Below, one piece after another: positions 47,988 through 62,261 of a stretch of DNA of 64,000 nucleotides. This DNA comes from Octopus vulgaris (lineage: Eukaryota), in assembly GCA_951406725.2 (NCBI GenBank), contig OX597818.1, positions 43,710,001 to 43,774,000 on the forward strand, in the 5' to 3' direction. The notes beneath the pieces were generated by a model. That model searched no databases and was not told where the DNA came from. It saw nothing but the letters and a program-made list of their open reading frames with translations. A program made the position numbers and the translations under genes. Every line of letters begins with the position of its first letter. Position 1 is the stretch's first letter.

Positions 47988-50883
47988 GTAAGCCGATTAT
48001 TAATTAAAGTCTATTTCAATCGTTACTTCCCTGATCAGTCTGTGGGAGATATTTTGGTGACTGCATAGTAGTTTTTTTCTTTGTCACACTTGTGTGAATT
48101 TTGATCATGCTGCGATGCGATGCAATGTAAATGCTTTAGAGATTGGTCTGGAACCGTTACCTGTGCTTGTGTGTGTGTGTATATGAGGTCGATTGCAGTT
48201 GTTTTGCGTACATATATTGTCTTTTAATGAATTGAAAGATTTAAATGGAAATCATTCTTTCCCTTTAACAATGCTTGCAGCTCTTTAATTCTATAAAACC
48301 CGCCTTCTGTTTAAGATTTTTCTTTAATTTTCAATTTCTCTTAGAAAACACTATCACTATCGACTTGAACTTTCATTTAGTTTTCCGATTATGCCTGTAT
48401 GAGAATAAAATGAAGGTAACTCTCTATGGTCGAGACATTAAATAGATTTTATAAATCTATTTTACGTGTTATAAATGTGTTATTTCCTTCGAATAAGTCT
48501 TTTCTTTTAAAAAAAATACGTTGTAAACATTTAAGACGGCCATTTTGTAGATATTTCCTACGGATGGAATAAATAGATGGACGGATGGATGTTTCGTTTG
48601 ACTGTCAACTATATTACGATAGAGAAGAATATTTGTACAAGCTGAAAGCGAGTAAAGCCATCAACAAGTCATTGTGGTTACTGTGTCTAAGCTATAGTCT
48701 TTTAAACAACAATTTATTGAAAAAATTAAACGATGTTTGTTGCACAAAACTAACGGAAAAAAAGTTGTTGAAATTAAATGCAATTTATTTGCGGACACGT
48801 CTTGTAAAATGTAGATTTTTTTCGGTGTCATCATTTGTTGCGTTACGAGCTTCTTTATTATGTGGTGGCGTCAATGTTGGTCTCTGTGGAAATGTATGGA
48901 ACTGTCGATGCAATTTTCTAGCATTCAGTAATTTTGAAGAAATTGATCTAACGATTAATTATTTTTTTCACTTGAAAGATAAACAATTCATATCTATCTA
49001 AACACTGCTTTTTCAAGAATTTTTTAATATAAACCACGGTTTCGATTATTTAGTATTGATAAGAGCTTCTTAAGACAGTATTCGTAGTGTTTTCTCTCTT
49101 TTATTGTAAGGGATCGAGAAGGATATTTATTCCAACACGTTAGTTTATGCTCATCATTTTCCAAAAAATTCCTTTACAGCATCATTTACTATGTCATAAA
49201 GGAATACGGAAATTTTGGCTGTCATTGAAAACAATATAATCCCAGTAGTTCATTTGTTGGGCGTGTTCCGACTTCACAAGTAGATGTTTGTGATTGAAAG
49301 ATTTCTCAGAATTCAAATGAATTCTTTATCCTTAATTTTTAGTTGAAGAAACATTTAAACCAATTCAATTTGATTATAATCAAGAATATTCAGTTGTACC
49401 CTATCTATAGCATTTATTCTTGATGTCTCATGACTGTTGCACTTTTTTTGTCTGATACGAAATTGCAGATCGCTTCAAGTAGAATGAGGTGAGTGCAGAT
49501 GTCTTGTGGCTGTCAGGTTCACAACACACAAGAGAATCTGCTTTCAGGTTAGCAGGGAAGCAGACTGCAATATATAGTAAACTGTACGCTAATTTACGTA
49601 ATGTAGTAGTGAGCCAAGGAATTCCTATTAAACGATGGAAAAATTATGTAAATGACTTAAGAATGCAGTAAAGATGACCCCAGAATTTAAATTAAAAATA
49701 AAATCAGGTGGAATAGTGAGTCAGATATTTAGCTTAGTGACAAATCTGAACAAGTTCCGATCTTATTGAGCCTCATCGGCTAAACATAGTCTTAACTTTT
49801 ACTGCAAGATCTTTGAATGACTAAAAAAATATATAGTGTTTTTGTGAATGAACGCTGAATGGCATTATGAGATAAAATAATGATAGCCATAGAATGAAGG
49901 GTCGGTCCTGTTGCATGGAAAGGTAGAGTGAGCGCTAATATACTGAGGTAGTGAGACAAGAAATTGTAAAATTATCATGTGTCCTGTCCAGGGGAGGTGG
50001 TGGTGTGCATTGCTCTTTTATTTTAAACGCGATAGACCCAGGTTGGTGTTGACTGAACAGACGACTCGTCGTCAGTTTGTGATTTTTGTAGGTTTTCAGT
50101 TCTAGTCAAGATTCTTATTTCTAGCAATGAAAAATTTAAGGAATCACCCCCTCCCGTTTTAGTTAATGTGCCATCCTCACGTAGGTGATAATAATGAATT
50201 CATTCTCTAAGCAGTATTTCAAAGTGCATGTTAATGCATAAATAATATATTTAGCATTTTATTCCATTTTCTCCCTCAAAGTATATGTAACAACTTTGTA
50301 CAAAATAGCTTTATTCGTTAAATTTATATATTTGCCTGAATGTGGGTGCTTATATGAATTTTGTGTTTTGGCTGGAGACAGTTTGTAGTATCTGCAACTA
50401 CTATGTTTTTTTTTTTTGTATATTTTAGATATGAAATTAGTTATTTCAGAATACATTGGAATGCTTTAGGAGTTTAAAACATACCACCACCACCCAAATT
50501 TTCGTATTACTGAAAACAAAAGAAAACAAATAAGGATTTGAACCTTTGCACAACGGTCCATTTTGCACTCAAATTATTCATCTCAACTCTCGAGATATTT
50601 AGCAGCTTTTCATTTTATATTTATATTCATTTAATATTTTATATATCATGTAAATTAATTGTTAGGTATTCCCATGATATTAGTGCAACTTACCCCAGGC
50701 ACCCTTCCTGATCTTATGTTTTCTTCTATTCATCTTGTACTTTGTGAATGTTCTGGTAGCTTGTCACTGCTATCTTTATCTCACTTAATGGTTTCCACCC
50801 GTATATAATATAGAGCAGCCACGAATCCCTTCCACAACAACAAGCCTGTTCCTGTCCCTTCTATCAAACTGTAATGCCTCAAT

Positions 50884-51259
50884 ACTCTTTTACTTGTTTC
50901 AGTCATTTGACTGCGGCCATGCTGGAGCATCGCCTTTAGTCGAGCAAATCGACCCCAGGACTTATTCTTTGTAAGCCCAGTACTTATTCTATCGGTGACG
51001 GGGACGTAAACACACCAGCATCGGTTGTCAAGCAATGCTAGGGGGACAAACACAGACACACAAACATACACACACACATATATATATACATACATATATA
51101 CGACGGGCCTTCTTTCAGTTTCTGTCTACCAAATCCACTCACAAGGCTTTGGTTGGCCCGAGGCTATAGTAGAAGACACTTGCCCAAGATGCCACACAGT
51201 GTGACTGAACCCAGAACCATGTGGTTGGTAAGCAAGCTACTTACCACACAGCCACTCCT
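50884..51259 (-). mobile_element. SINE family B
   Basis: Reverse complement of 26792-27178. Confidence 0.85.
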
Positions 51260-51921
51260 CAATACTTCATATAAAGCTTACTGCTATTGTTTTCCCTTTT
51301 AGCTGAGAGTGCACTTTAGTCTTGTGAATTACAAGATGACTGCATTAGAAAAACACCCAGTACGCTCTGTAGAGTGGATTGTGTTAGGATGGGTGTCCAT
51401 CTGTATAAACCATGCCAAAACTGAGACACTGGAGCAAGATGTGTTCCTCCAACCTATTGGATCCTGTTGAATTGTCCAACCCATGCTTCCATGGAAAACA
51501 AAGATGAAATGATGATTGTGACTCCTCGAGATATTCTGCTTAAAAACATATATATATATATAATTATATTTGACTCATCTGAACTATGGTAAATCTTTGG
51601 TTGTGCTTACATCATCTTTTCTAAACCTGTTTTATCATGTTTTTCATGTTGACCTGTGTAGGAAAAGGCCTTTAATATAGCAGCTTTTCATGTGTTTTGA
51701 TCCTATTTCGTCTCATAGATGAGACAGATATAGGTCTCATCTTATCAATTTATATAGTAGTCTACCTTGCTATTCTTCTGTTAGAGATAAGAAGCACCAT
51801 TTTTACTTTTGGCAGTGAGCATATCACATTGATTATGAATCATATCTAGTAAAACATATCCAACTTGCTATCTTAGTAACCCAAGGTATTTAGTTCATAA
51901 CTGCTTATTGTCTGCTTTAAC

Positions 51922-51996
51922 AATGCATCTATAGTATCTAGATATCCTATTGCTATTTTTGTTGCAATAGGGTATCTGGATATTTTCATTAGCATT
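51922..51996 (+). ncRNA. pre-miRNA-like hairpin (candidate)
   Basis: 21-bp contiguous stem (51933-51953/51964-51984, three G:U pairs), 10-nt loop, basal aatgc/gcatt pairing. Confidence 0.3.
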
Positions 51997-54900
51997 TTGA
52001 GTACTATTCCAGATTGTTCCTCAACAATGGATACAAATATCTTTTGCTTCTTTTCGTTCCTTGATCAAACCCATTTCACTGATGCTGTTGGGATTTTGTG
52101 GACTCTGCTATTAAAACTTGTGGTTCTTGGCATTCCAAAGTTCTATTGAGTGCCCAGTTCTGAATGTTTGTGTGATTGCCTTAAGATCTACAATGAAGAG
52201 AAATCTGAAGACTAATCATTGATGAACATATTCTCATTTATATATCATTTTATATCCTAATTCATGAGCTATAGCATCATTAGTTATGGGTATTTAATGG
52301 GAGAGTCACTGGATCACAATATTATTGATGTGCCGAATGAATATCTACATGGTGGGTCTTTAGAACAGATATCTACAGGATTGTTCAAAGACCACTGATT
52401 TTTTTTTTCAGGTTTCACACTGATGTTCTCATTTTTACTGATATAGATCATCAAAAGATGCACACTTACACATATACACTGACATACACTCATGAACATA
52501 CACACACATAAATGAGCATTGAATTAGTAGAGTTGTAATAATTGTTCTAGCTCTCTATGCATGATTTTAAATCCCAGTTAGATCAGTTTTGCTTTTGTCC
52601 CTTCTGAGTCAAAAGTTCTAGTTCAGGATGGTGGGATGTTAAAACAGCTGAGATACTTTGTGGTATTTGCTTTGGCTCTGTTTCCTGAGTTCTAATCCTG
52701 TCTCCTCTCATTGGAACGGAACCTGGCAAAAGCAGTGATAGTCTTGGTAAGACCTTAAATAAGTATTTCAGCAGATTACTATGAATATCAGCATACTCAA
52801 AAGAAGGAATTTTTTTATATATATATCAAATAAATGTCTTATAAAACTATCCCACACATACAATAACAGCCATAGCAACAATCCAACATACCTCCATCAT
52901 CAGCTGCCCCATGGATATCACTGGTTTCGACACATGGACAGTACCATTCAATCTGGTAGTGCCAACAGCACTAAAATAAGTGTTGTTTGAGAACAAACAT
53001 ACCATAGATATCACCACATTCATTCAATCTTAATTCTAGGAAGGATTAAACAGTAACATTACCCTATGTACAAAAGCAGTATCGGTAAATAAATTCAATC
53101 AGTAAACCAAAACTAACTCCTAAATTATCTAACTAAATAGCAACCTAGCCCTTGAAGTCCATGCAGATAATGTTCCCCACCAGTCTGCCATAGTTATTAA
53201 TATAAAAGTGAAAGCTTTTATATTCTATTCTTTCCAAAGCAAAAACAAATTCAATTGAATTTAACTAATAATAATATAACTAATTCTGAGTGAATTACAC
53301 TATTTCATAATCCAAAAGTTAACAATTGAAATAGTTCAAATTTACAGAAAACAAAAGACAAAGGCAAGTGAAGGAACAACAAGCAGATGTATTAGTTTAA
53401 TGTTTGAGAAGAATGGAAAAATCTTTGATGTTTCAAGCCTATGCTCTTTGACAGAAAATATTGAGAAGAAAAAAAAAAGGAGAGAAAACGAAAAATGTGC
53501 AGGGATTAACAGTTCAACATGGTGTGTCTGTGTCTTGGGTATGACTAAATTGCATCTGATATTAGGACCCTGGTTCAGGAATACTCATATTTTGAGGAGT
53601 GTGGAATCACTTCTTGATCTCTATTTTCCCCAGGTCTACTTTCACCTGGAGTAGTAGCACTTGTCAGGGTCCCAGCTATGGGTTAATTAGTGTGTTATAG
53701 AAGAAATTCCAACGTTCCTGGGAAAGGAAAAGGTCTGGAGAGTCAGCCCTGACAGCAAATGAAACAATCACTCAGGCAGTCTGGTGCCCTCTAGGTTAGG
53801 TAGAGCTCTCCACTCCTGTAAAGAAATTCACTTAAGAGAAGGCCACTCTAATGTAAAACCTACAGCTTGTTGGTCAACACAGCCTTCTTAGCTCACTGAG
53901 CCACTGTAGTCAGATGGCCAAGTCTAAAGAGTAGTATTGGATTGTGTGGATTGAAAGAGCCCTGCAGGTTTAAGGATGATTGGTTTACATTGCTCTTGAA
54001 GGCATGTCACTCTTTCTCATAATCTTTGAACATGAAGAAACTGCTATCATATATATATATATGGGCAAAACACCTCCCATTCAATGGACAGTGCTAAGTT
54101 TTCAAACATTTAAACCAAATTTTCTCAAAACAACTTGTCTGACCGTCCCATAGGCCTCCCTTTTGAGAAACACTGATTTAACCTAAGTTTGAGACACCAT
54201 CAAAAGAAGAAATAAAGATAGACTTTTTTTCTATTCCAAAGAGAAAACGATTTTATTCACACAAATATGCAGCTGAAGAGTTTAAAGTACCAGTAATGAT
54301 AAAGCTGTTGCCTGGGAGAACATAAACATGGTTTAAACAGTAAGCTTAGCAGGAAAGAAACGTGCCTTTAAGCAGTACAAAAACAACAAAAAATGGAAGG
54401 TGCAGTTATGTACAGGTTGATGGAAGAAAAGCAGGACAAAAGTGGCATTATCGATTGCATTCTCACCTGGAATCGATTTTTGTAATTTTTTCAAGACTTA
54501 TACATGCCCTGATACCGTCGGTATCTACATATCAAATTTGAGCGCAATCGGATGGAGGATGCCTGAGATCCTTGAAGCCACGCACACATACACACACACA
54601 GACACAGAACAGATTTTATATAAGAGATATTGTTGTTTTTATATATATAGTATATTCAATAGTGGCCTATTTACATAAGATTTTCCACAATGTATTGAGT
54701 ACTGTTCCAGATTGTTCCCCAACAATGAATGCACATGCACACATAAGTTGTCTACATAGTTTGTGCCTACTGATTATTTGAGGCTATGCTTGAGGTGTTG
54801 AGAATGGAATTGAACTGAGAACCATGCAAACATGCTTGAAAAAATTTTCCTTGCCTTCCCACACACTGATAGGTAGTGTCTTCAATCCTTGTCTACTTAC

Positions 54901-57862
54901 AAAATATCAAACGTGATATTTTCTTGGATGAAACATACAGGATAGATGCCTAATTGCTAGGCATTCCCTATAGCTGTCTCCATCAGGATTATAGTATCTT
55001 CAGTACCTCTAATTATTCAATATCGAACCTTTTGTCAAAGAAAGCTTTCTGTGAAATGGACAGATAGACACCAGAATTCTTTGTTGTCAAGAAATTGTTT
55101 CAATAGATCTGATTTTTTATCTTTTAGCTTTTTCTTGTTTCAGTCGTTGGACTGTGAATCATGGTGAGGCACGGCCTTGAAAAATTTTAGTTGAATTAAT
55201 TGACTCCAGTACTTCTGTTGTTTTTTTAAAAGTCTGGTGCTTATTCTATCCATCTCTTTCACCGAACCACTAGGTTACAGTTGTGAAGCAGTTAGGGGTG
55301 TCAAAGACACACAAAGATAAAAACATATATATATATATACACATATATATAACACAGGCTTCCACACAGTTTCCCTTTTCCAAATTCATTCACAAGGCAT
55401 TGGTTGGCCTGGGGCTGTAATAGAAAACACTTGTCCCAGATACTGTACAATGGGGTTGTAACCAAAACCATGTGATCGCAAAGTGAACTTTTTAGCTAGA
55501 CACCCATGCCTATAATGTACAATATTCTATTCAAAGTACACAGCAGTTTAATTTTCAGATTGCACTATTTCTACTTGGTGCTTATTATTACTGCTTTAAT
55601 ATGCTAAAACCTTTTAGAGTAGGCATTAGTAAATTAGAAGTCCATGTAAAGTCCTTTGATTACCTTTCTTATATATTTGTTAAACTAGTTGTGGGTGTTT
55701 GTAAACAATGAGTTTGTAATTGAGAGAAGAAAAAAAAAAACTGAAACCAGTTTATCATAGTGAGCAGTAATTGGCATTGGAAAAAGGTTCTGAGATGAAT
55801 GTTAATGAAATGTGATTAATGACTTCTTACAAAACTATTCCTAAGTGGTCTCTTCTATGCCCTAGATCATGTGCAAACCCTGGAGCCATTACATTGTGAC
55901 CCTCTGTAGTAATAAAGGATAATTGTGTCCTTCTGTAGTGATAAAGGTAATAATTGGATATTAGCCAGATGTGTAGAGAGATTTTGGCATGTTATCCTGC
56001 AATGCTTGAGAAAAATATGTTAAAATTCATTATTAATGAGTTCCGCAGTGTTTATCGTAGAGATACACTCACACTTTTGAACTAATATAGCATTTGTTGT
56101 ATATTCTTATTTTTATTCATTGAGTCTTATTTTTATTGTCACTACATTACTCCAGATTCTAGCATATCTCTCTTTGCATCAGTTTCAAGTGTGCTACAAG
56201 ATAATAAAGAGAGAGATGGTTTGTAATCAGATAGGATATAGTTTCTAATTTAGACAAAATACCAGTAATTTTGAGGGGAAAGAGTTAATTATATGAACCT
56301 TAGTATTTCACAGGTAATTTGTTTTATCTACCCCAGAAGGATGAAATGCAAGATTTACCTCAGCAGGAATTGAACTCGGAATTTAAAGGGCTAGAACAAA
56401 TATTACAAAACATATTTGCTAACAGTCTAACAATTCTGCTAGTTTGTTGCCTGTAGTTAGATAGGGTATGAAATCAGATGAAGTGGAGACTGTTTTTACT
56501 GGAGTCTTATGTCAAAGCAGATAATTTTCTTAGAAAGATTTGATATTTAACTTTTGGTTTTGTAAACTTGGGCATGTAAAATGAATGTTTTGCTGAGGAA
56601 CTTATGAAATGCAAGCAACAGTTATAAACTTTTGACCCGTAGATCAATGTTCTCAATGACTTTTTCAGATCATTACTCCTAATCATGTTTCATAACATTT
56701 CTTTCATTGTTGAAATACTTAAGCCAGCACTAATCAAACGGACTTGTTGATAGAGATAGTAAGAAAAAAAAAAGAAATATATGCAGTGTAAATAGTTTTG
56801 TCATTTATATTGTATGCTAAGACTTAGCTGTCTTCAAGGAAGACTACCAACTTGTCAAATCAATTTAATTGTACTCTTTGATATCATCATTTATCCCTTT
56901 CATTACTGTATTTATTTTGAGATGCTCTGTATTTCTTTCAATAACTTTAAATATAACAAAGAATTTGGTAAAATAACTTAGTTATCGTTAAACTAGTGTT
57001 ACGAATATAAATTGTGACTATGGTTTGGTGGAAGATTTTAATTCAAAACCGATAGAAACAAGACATTTGTATTCAGAATCAGAGCCGGTTTCAGCCAGGT
57101 TGGTAACGAAAAGGTTAATGTTTGTTTTCTATACTGACATGGGTTGACAAAAATTATATATGGATGGTATTATTTTATTCATTTTTATTTTAGGCTAATG
57201 AGAGATAAAAGCAGTACTTGACTAAATATTTAGTTATGTTTATATTTTAATTTATGATTGTAGAGTAAACTTTACTTTCCTTTCCTCCTGGGTTGATAAA
57301 AATAGATACCAGTTATTGGTTAACCCTCAGCTTAGTCCAGGCTTCAACTTGTCCTATGATAAAAAAAATGTTCCAGCCTTGGCTATCTTGTCTATATTTC
57401 AGGCAATGTATCTGTATTCTCCAACATGTTCTTTTTTTAATATGGTAGGTTTGATTAGAGGGAGGTATTTCTTTACATGTCAGTTTGCTACATAATAGCT
57501 CTCTCATTGGCTCCCATAAATATCAGTTGTAAGCAGAGTGGGAGTCAATCACCTATGATCCTCTATTACTAATTTGTTGTGTTGTATCAAACTTAAAGAG
57601 ATCATTAATATTAACACTGTTGTTGGAACTGTCTTTGACCATTGAAGACCAAGCCTTTAGATTCACTTGTGTAATATTTCTGGTAATAGAACCTATGAAC
57701 ATTTTCCACGCTTTTTATGATTACAGATAGGATAAAGTTTTGTTTTCTTGCTGTGATATGAAGATTGCAATATGAAAGGAATTCATCATTTTAATTTTAT
57801 ATTTAAAATTTGGTTAATTTTCATAAAACAAGCATAATTGACTAAGTGTATGCTTCTCTGAT

Positions 57863-58030
57863 ATCATCATCATCATCATCGTTTAACGTCTGCTTTCCAT
57901 GCTGGCATGGGTTGGACGGTTCAACTGGGGTCTGGGAAGCCAGAAGGCTGCACCAGGCTCCAGTCTGATCTGGCAGTGTTTCTACAGCTGGATGCCCTTC
58001 CTAACACCAACCACCACTCCATGAGTGTAG
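57863..58030 (-). mobile_element. RTE family A 3' fragment
   Basis: (CAT)n-gtttaacgtc..ccatgctggcatgg..ctggatgcccttcc. Confidence 0.8.
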
Positions 58031-58185
58031 TTATTATTATTATTATTCATTTTGTTCAACGTGTACAAGTACGTATGTGTTCAATATTGTTTTATTCAAT
58101 TTTAGAAAAACTGAAACATGTCATAGACAATTCTAGAACATATTGAATTTTGTGCATGACTTTTGGCTCCTCATGTATGTATGTA

Positions 58186-58222
<37 letters not shown>

Positions 58223-58414
58223 GTATGTATTTTGGCCTGCTGACTTAGTCAGTAGGGTGGCCTCGTTAGAAAGCTAAAACGATGCAAAGTGCATTGTGAC
58301 TAGCGATGTATAACAGCATTCAACAGTCTGCTCAATTACATGATCATGTGATATATATATGTGTATGGGACACATATTCTCAGAGCTTGTCTCTAAAAAT
58401 TATTTTTATTATTA

Positions 58415-58830
58415 AGGCAACAAGCTGGCAGAATCATTAGCATGCCAGACAAAATGTTTAGCAACATTTCTTCAGAGTTCAAATTCTGTTGAGGTCAACT
58501 TTGCCTTTGATCCTTTCAGAGTTGATAAAATAAGTAGCAGTTGAGCAGTGGGAAGAGTGTAATTGACTGACCTTGTGCCAAATTTTGAAACCATTATCAT
58601 TTTTAATATTTGTTTTATTAAGGCGATGAGCTGGCAGAATCATTAACATGCTGGGCAAAATGCTAAGGGGCATGTCTTCACTTTCTGAATTCAAATTCCA
58701 CTGAGATTGACTTTGCCTTTCATCCTTTCGGGGTCGATAAAATAAGTACCAGTTAAGTACTGGAGTTGATGTAATTGACTTACTCTTTCCCTCATAGTTT
58801 CTGGCCTTTTGCGAAAATTTGTAACTAATA
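58415..58830 (+). mobile_element. Two tandem older SINE family A copies
   Basis: aaggc..gctggcagaatcatta heads at ~58415 and ~58620; ttgcctttcatcctttcggggtcgataaaataagtacc core. Confidence 0.75.
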
Positions 58831-60106
58831 TTTGTTGTATTATTTGTAATTTAATGATTTTATAAAAATGTTCAACATTAATTACACGTTAGATTTCTCT
58901 TATCGTTAGTAAAACACTAATTTTTTTTAGCAAAGTTGCAGTTGAGGAGGTGCAGGTTTTATGTGTTAAATTAGAATAAGTATTTACTTTCAAGAGCTCA
59001 TTAAAATCTTTATCTGAGCAATTCTACTTAATATCCTTGCAATAATTAAGTTCATGTTTTATGTCAGTTGTTTGCTAAATTGAATTATATTCTTAGGAAC
59101 TTGAGAATTAGTTTTACTGCCAACACTTGCCCGAGATCTTATTTTAGAATAGAAAATAGATTTTGGATGACTGTCACAATCATTATTTTGTAAATATGGT
59201 AACGATTACGACCAATTAAGTTTTGTAATCTGTTTCATGTTAAGCAGCCTTGGATTCAGTAATGAGTTAGAAGCTTAATTTTTCTGGCTTTTCCACTATT
59301 AATTTCCTGTGATGATCTATTGTAACTTTATCCTTTGTCAACATTTGCAATATATAGAGATGAGATAACACTGTTTGAATTTTAAAATTCCAATTGTTTA
59401 CCCTTCCACACATTGGTATGTTTGATTGGTTTATTTAGATATATACTTGCTAAGTGTTTTATGATTTGTTATTAGAGGATCATTTCAAATGTGACTGTTT
59501 TGTGAAATGATAACTATACACAAGGCTCTTAAGAGGTTTGGAATCAGCTGGTACGACCTGGGGCATGGGGAATCAAGGAGAGAATTGAGCATTCCTGTTG
59601 CTAAGCAGGGTGCATTGGACAGCACTGCTCCATCACTATTCAATGGTGCACCCTCAGATTTACAGTGATACACTTATTTCAAAACTCCAGTTTAGCATTA
59701 TAACAAATTAATGCTGACCCAGAATATTCTCAAGACCCCCAGGCACCAAAGTCTGGCAATGGGCATAGGAAGAAGACTCTGCTAGGCTCCTCCCTAAAAA
59801 GAAAGAATTTCATGGGCCCCTTGAATTTAGAGGGAATTCTTCCTCTTGGGGCCCAAAAGCAGTCTTGTTGTGCTATGGGAAATTTCTCTTGGAGATCCTA
59901 ATTATATATATATATATCTTAGTACAGTGATGAGGAAGTAGGCTCAAAGGATCTGCCTTAACTTAGCTGTGAATCAGCTTTATTGACTTAATGATTTTTT
60001 AACTTTACCTAATTTTGTTTTATTCTTGTAACATATGGTTGATTTTCACACCTGACATTATTTAGCCTATTCTCTGTAGGTGCATAGATATATAAAATAT
60101 ATTATA

Positions 60107-60577
60107 AGGTGCAGGTGTGGTTATGTGCAGGTACAGGTGTGGTTGTGTGATTAAGAAGCGTACTTCCTAACCATATGTTCTTGAATTCAATCCCAAGGTA
60201 CAGGCTTGGCTGTGTGGTAAAGAAGCTAGTTTCCTAACCATGCAACCTTGGGTAAGTGCCTTGTACTATAGCTCTGGGTTGACCAAAGCTTTGAGAATAG
60301 ATTTGGTTGAAGGAAACTGAAAGAAGTCCATGGGTGTGTGTTTGTATGTACACTTGTCTTGACATCATTTGATGGTTGTAAAGGTGTATCACAGTCATAC
60401 ATGTGGTGTTGTTAGTTTCCAGTCTTTCATGAACATCATGTCTGACCCATGAAGAAATATTACCTTACCTGAAAACAGCGGGGTTGGTGATGAAGAGAGC
60501 TACCAGCCATAGAAAATCTGCCTCACCAAATTCTGTCTAATCCATGCAAACATGGAAAAGTGGACACTAAATGATGA
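60107..60577 (+). mobile_element. SINE-B-headed element with an RTE-A-derived tail; head partly duplicated
   Basis: ggtgtggttgtgtg..gaattcaatccc and ggctgtgtggtaa..ccttgggtaagtg heads; tail ccatgcaaacatggaaaagtggacactaaatgatga. Confidence 0.65.
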
Positions 60578-61215
60578 GGGACCTATTAATTATTTTGATG
60601 CCAGTTAAGGGAATGTTTTGAAATATGTCCCATGTTGTCACTCTTTCTTGCGTTCTACCTCTCAGAGTAGTAGGAACTGTATAGTCTTGTTGCAAGTTGC
60701 AAGGCAACCTCACCAGTGCTGGTGCCATAATAAACTGTATACAATACCAGTTTGTAAAGAGGTTGGTGAATTGAGCAGAGACAACATAAAGTCGGGGGGA
60801 CTCTTTAGTCTTCCAAGGACATAAAAACTTCTCTAGTGTTGATACCACTCACACACATACACGCTTGTGCACACACACACACAAAAAAACTCCACCAGCG
60901 CATCTTATAATAGTTGGTGTTTGGAAGGGATCCAGCTATAGAGACTATGCCAAAACCAATACATCTGAGCAAGACATGATCTTTTAACCCACACAGGAGG
61001 GCAGTAACTCTGAAAAAGAACAAACTTGACTGACAATCTGTCAAACCTATTCCAGCAAGGAAAATGTAAAGACTTGGAAAAATAAGATAAAAAAATAAAA
61101 ATGCAAACATTGACAGTTAATAGAATTTATAATTTCACTCAATGTATATTAAAAAAGACTGTTTACAGTTAAAATGGTTTTCTTTGGTTAAAACATTTGT
61201 TCTAGGTGAAGCTAT

Positions 61216-61421
61216 TCTTTTACTCTTTTACTTGTTTCAGTCATTTGACTGCAGCCATGCTGGAGCACCGCCTTTAATCGAGCAACTCGACCCCGGGACT
61301 TATTCTTTTGTAAGCCCAGTACTTATTCTATCGGTTTCGTTTGCCGAACCGCCAAGTGATGGGGACATAAACACACCAGCATCGGTTGTCAAGCAATGCT
61401 AGGGGGGACAAACACACACAC

Positions 61422-61496
<75 letters not shown>

Positions 61497-61667
61497 TATA
61501 TATACGACAGACTTCTTTCAGTTCCCGTCTACCAAATCCACTCACAAGGCATTGGTCGGCCCGGGGCTGTAGCAGAAGACACTTGCCCAAGATGCCACGC
61601 AGTGGGACTGAACCCGGAACCATATGGTTGGTTAGCAAGCTACTTACCACACAGCCACTCCTGCGCC
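61216..61667 (-). mobile_element. SINE family B, full length with expanded (TA)n
   Basis: Reverse complement of the family consensus; (TA)n at ~61434-61480. Confidence 0.88.
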
Positions 61668-62261
61668 TGTATATGTAAAAGAAAAAAAAAAAATTTAACT
61701 TATTTTGATTCAGTCTATAATATGAATCACTTTAGCTGAGTGTCTTTGTTGAACTTCAAAATCTAATTGTGAATTGGAACAGGCTGCCTGATAACGTTTG
61801 ACATTAATCTAAATGCAGTCAACACTGATAAAAATTGGTCAGTCCTGCCTATATATGAGTGTGTGTGTGTGTGTATATATGTTGAAATTGGTGTCTATTT
61901 AAGCTTTAATGTGTTATTTACAGAGACAGCAGAACAAAGAGTGGAATTGGGGGTGTTCCATAATGGTGTTCATGTGAAGATTTAGCAACCAACTCTGAAA
62001 TCATTGGTTGCTAGCATTAGTCATATATTGTTGTATATTGGAGTGGTGTATTGGCAGAGTTGTTAGAGTACTGGACAAAATGTCTTGCTGCTTAGTGTCA
62101 TTTCTCCTGGCTTTTACTTTCAGGGTTCAGATTCTGCCAAAGTTGACTTTGCTTTTTAATTTTTCCAGGCCAATAAAATAAGAGCTCTGGGACTGATGTA
62201 ATCAACTAAACCCCTCCCCTCTTGAAGTGAATCAAAATTTGAAAATTATTTAGTTATGTCA

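Noticed and set aside
48585-49001. 138-aa ORF downstream of the promoter
   Set aside because: No recognisable motif, AT-rich composition and no clear splice context; probably intronic chance ORF.
59480-59900. GC-richer stretch as a possible coding exon of the third gene
   Set aside because: Only a short (~53 aa) + strand frame was found, with no recognisable homology or convincing splice pair.
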